Below the pieces are notes generated by a model. It saw only the letters and a program-made list of their open reading frames with translations. It ran no database searches and had not been told where the DNA came from. From contig PS015261.1 of NCBI GenBank assembly GCA_048213135.1, positions 38,905 through 90,640 of the forward strand: a stretch of DNA of 51,736 bases. The letters run 5' to 3'. The stretch's first letter is position 1, and each line of letters opens with the position of its first letter. Of this stretch, positions 48,154 through 51,736 are shown piece after piece. The DNA is from Reclinomonas americana ATCC 50394 (Eukaryota). Position numbers and translations under genes: made by a program.

Positions 48154-51100
48154 GGCCGCGTCGAACTGGACATGACTCTCGACTCGCCTGGCAGGGCAGC
48201 GGTCGTCACCGCCGCACCCGCGGTGCTCTCTCCTGCCGAGAAGCGTTGCGTGTGCAGCAATGCAAAGGATAACACACGTGGTGTTGCTCATTATTCCCGT
48301 GGCCTGCAGGGCTTCGCAAGATGCGCCTGTCGGCCCTGCAGCAGCAGCAACGACAATCACCGCCTCGCGAGACCACCGAGTCGTCGCCATCGTCGGCATC
48401 GCGGCACGCGGACGAGAAGCCTCGCCGGCCGTCGCCGCGTGCAGCCTCGGCTGCGTACTACGAGCAGCTGTATGACATGTCGAGTCCAGGTGTGCACACT
48501 CGTTCCCCCGCGCTTGATGGTTTATCTCGTTGTTCACTACGGTCTCGCTGCCCAGCAGAGACCGTCCACCGACATCGCAAGTCTCCACGACAGACCTCGC
48601 CACAAGAGGATGCACAATACTCTGCCGTCACACGCGACATTTATCCGCCTGGCCATCCCGCACGCGCAGACGTGTCGCAGCAATCGGCGTCTCGTCACCC
48701 TACAACCGCCACGAGGACTCCGCCCTCCAGTCCCCCTCCTCCCATTTATTCAGCGTCTCCAGCAGCACCAACACGTACCACGCCCACTGCTGCTGCTGCT
48801 GCTACTGTCACAGTCGGTGCGCCGCGTGTGAGCCCGCCACCCGGCTCGCCTGCGTCTCATCGATCGCTGTCGCCCACGGTGCCAACCGCAGCGGTGCGGA
48901 ACTGTGATGAGTTTCCCCATGAGTGTTGTTGTATGCGTGCCAATTGTGTATCGCTTGTGTAGGCTCTGGCCGATCCAGTGCTGCTTCGGTCGATACACGC
49001 AGAGCTGCAGGATCTGAGTCACCAGCTGCGAGTTGCGTGCCTGCATCACCTCATGCAGTGTCTCACCTCTTGTCCCTCATCTTTGATCTCTCTTTCTCTC
49101 TCTCCTCCCTGGCAGGTTCAGTCGCAGCGGGTTGCGGAGAAAGAGGCGGCAGTGGTGGAGCGTGAGCACCAGTTGCAGCGCGCATTCGAGACCTTGCGCT
49201 CGCGCCAGTTGGATCTGCCCGACATGCGAGCGTCGGAACGCAAGATGCGCGACGAGTTGGCGCACACGGTTGCCGACTGGGAGCGCGCCCTATTGTTTCA
49301 ACAGCAAGAGGCGGCCACGTGGGAGAGCAAGGCGCGACAGTGGAAGGACAGTCATGATCATCTGGCGCAGCAGGTGAGAAGAGGAGAGCACCGTAGACAC
49401 TGCTGGGGCTGCTGGCGATTTATTCCCACCCATGATCACGTAGTTGGAGACGGTGCTGGAGGAGCGCGATGAGCTGCGTCGCCGCTTGCAGATGCAGTCG
49501 GAGATGCTGCTAGCAGTGCCAAGTTCACAGGTGCCGGCAGCTGCCCCGCCGCCGACTGTTGCGGTGACTCGCGGGCCACATGCGGCATCCAAAACCGGTG
49601 GTGCGTCGTGTGTGCGAATGGTGCAACGGAGTCGCGCAAAACCAACACATCTGCTTTCTTTTCTTTCTCTACAGCCTTTTTGGATTTGGCGCGCTCACTG
49701 GAACTCTTGCACGTGCTTCTCGAATCCCTTCTCTCTGCGCCGCCGTCGACCTCGTCGCTGTTGTACCCAGCACAATCGTCGTTCAATCCGCACTCGTTCT
49801 TTGACGGCTCCCTGTCCTCGGCCAGTGTCACCAGCAGCGCGTCGGTGGTGCGCGTCTCGTCGGCCTCTGCGCGCTCCTCGTCTGTCTCTCGAGCCTCCTC
49901 CCGGCGCAAGTCGGCGTCGCCGGCGCGAAGGAAGGCAGCTGGTGCATCGGCATCGTCGTCATTGTCGTCGTCGACCGCAGGCGGCAGCGTCAGGGCACTG
50001 GTGGCCGAGTTACCGCCAGCCACGGCACTCGCTGCCATCGATTGGTCTCGTTATGGATCACGAGTTGCGTCTCGCACAGATCTGCGAAAGACAATATCGT
50101 CTGTGCTTGCTGACGGCCCACGTGCAGTTGGTGCCCTTGATGTGCGATCTGTTGCCGTGCATGGCCGAGCGCGATCCGCACGATCAGAAACTCTTCCTAG
50201 AGTTCTTGTGGACGGCGCTGAGTTATCCGTATTATGCCACGACGGTGGTGCGTGCTGTGGGGGGAGTGGCGGAAGAAAGCAGCGACCCTGTGAAGCCAAC
50301 TATGTTTCCCAATGGTGCAGGAGGGTGTAATTCACGCGGCGACGCTGCGACTGGTCGAGTGTCTCAGCGGTGGCTCGGGGAAGACGTCGCACGTGTACAT
50401 TGGTTCGGGTGATCCGGCAGTGCGACTGCTAAGCAACCTTGCTGTGGCAAAGGTTGGTGACGAGCTGAGGAGAGAAGGATCGTGGGATGATGTTGTTAAC
50501 TATCCGTCCGCCGTTGCAGTACTCTCGCCATCCGGATCGTGTGTGCAACGCGCTTGAGGCCATCCGCAGCGATATCATGTTTGAGGAGGTGCGGCGCTGT
50601 GTCCTCGTTATGCATCTCATCCCACTCCTCGCTCACTCCTCTCTCCGCAGTCCAAGCGATTATTCGTACAATATTATGGGACTGCGGTGGTGTTGCATGC
50701 ACTGTCCACAAGTGTGCCGACGTTTGTGGTGCCGGCGGCCGCCATTATGCTATCCATGTCGATCGATTCCGGTTCGTAGTGTATTCGCCACCTGGGAGGA
50801 GAAAGAGCGAGAGAGCCAGCTAATTCTCTGTGTCTCAGAACACACGCAAAAGTTCCTGCATCAGTGCACTCTGTTGGAGGCGTTCCCGGCGGCGTGCATC
50901 TCAGCTCTGGCGTCGCGCGATCATCGGGTGCAGGAGAGCATTGCCGTTGTGTTGCAAAAGTTGTCGGCATCAAGGTCAGTGACGGCTGGCCAGATAAAGG
51001 AGAGGGAACATCGCCTCACTCACTCTTGTGCATGCAACAGAAAATACCGACATGTCTTCTCCAAGGGCGATCTGCGTGCCGCCCTGACGGAGCTGGTGTT

Positions 51101-51176
51101 TTCTGGAGCCACCGACAACGAGTTTATCGTGATGAATGTCAAGTCCATTCTTTCTAACCTCAAGGACCCACGGTAA
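48154..51176 (+). CDS. CCDC138: CCDC138-like protein (coiled coil plus C-terminal helical-repeat domain); 5' end in gap
   Basis: ALEAIRSDIMFEESKRLFVQY, QESIAVVLQKLSASRKYRHVF and EFIVMNVKSILSNL match the recalled CCDC138 C-terminus (LSIILQKLSKIKSNKKLF...FLCINLNSTLFNL). Confidence 0.72.
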
Positions 51177-51564
51177 AGGCGTCGATTGGTGCTGGTTGTT
51201 CCTCGTCAGCTGTGTCTATCGTCTTCTTGCTGCCGCGCAGCTTCTTGCGCAACGACTTGAGATTCTCCCGTCGACCTCGCCTCGCATCCGTGGAGGAGTG
51301 ACTGGGGAAATCGAATGCCGAGGGTGGATCAAGAGGAGGGGGAGGCGATGGAGGAGGAGGAGGAGGAGGAGGCCGCTGCCGCTGCTTGCTCTGGTCGTCA
51401 GTCGGTGCACGCTGCAGCTTCTGCGCGCGCGGTGGTGGATTCGCATCGAAATCCAAGTCGGACGTGAGCTCGTCTCCTTGTTCCGCGGTATCCACTGCTT
51501 CCGTTTCACACTGTGTATGGCGACGGGTAAGCTCACGAGTGACAGTAGTCTGCATATCGAACAC
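51160..51564 (-). CDS. 3' terminal exon of an unidentified gene entering from the right edge
   Basis: Open frame with acidic, poly-Pro and basic segments, ending DAFTVGP* at 51160. Confidence 0.55.
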   Translation of the reverse strand: MFDMQTTVTRELTRRHTQCETEAVDTAEQGDELTSDLDFDANPPPRAQKLQRAPTDDQSKQRQRPPPPPPPPSPPPPLDPPSAFDFPSHSSTDARRGRRENLKSLRKKLRGSKKTIDTADEEQPAPIDAFTVGP

Positions 51565-51736
51565 ACCTCGTCACTTCGACGAATGAGTGCAGCGAATGCA
51601 CTGGCGGGCAGAAGTGCGGGAGACCAGATGATTTCTGGAGGGTGTCGTGCATTCAGAGTACGCAGACACACAAAGAGGAGAGGACGACGCTCGTCACAAA
51701 CCCAGGGCAGTGCGAGAAGAGTGCGTGAGTGGCGCA

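Noticed and set aside
1-51736. U12 (AT-AC) or non-GT-AG introns, tRNA/rRNA genes, transposase or RT ORFs
   Set aside because: All traced introns resolved as GT-AG, and no such RNA genes or mobile-element ORFs were recognised by eye.

Overview
Eukaryotic (probably flagellated protist) draft-assembly scaffold with N gaps; compact, GC-rich and intron-dense. Most introns are ~55-100 nt GT-AG with CTCAC/CTGAC/CTAAC-type branch points; the few long ones are filled with CT/CA microsatellites. About 20 genes were reconstructed by hand-splicing. Recognisable: DH-PH RhoGEF, SLC45/SUC-type MFS transporter, COPI-associated/TVP15 protein, NOP2 rRNA m5C methyltransferase, two tandem MOV10/Armitage/SDE3-type SF1B RNA helicases, Abraxas/ABRO1 MPN domain, cathepsin X N-terminus and CCDC138. 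Highlights: (1) the full-length helicase carries two N-terminal LOTUS/OST-HTH-like domains; (2) its paralog lacks Walker A and splices in frame to an Abraxas pseudo-DUB MPN domain (true chimera or misassembly); (3) about a dozen introns use an atypical GTTGCG(T/C) donor; (4) a tandem pair of secreted pre-pro-proteins with a PHWH motif; (5) a ~147-bp tandem repeat in a divergent intergenic region and a dispersed (TTG)n-tailed repeat family. Family calls come from motif recognition by eye, not database searches.
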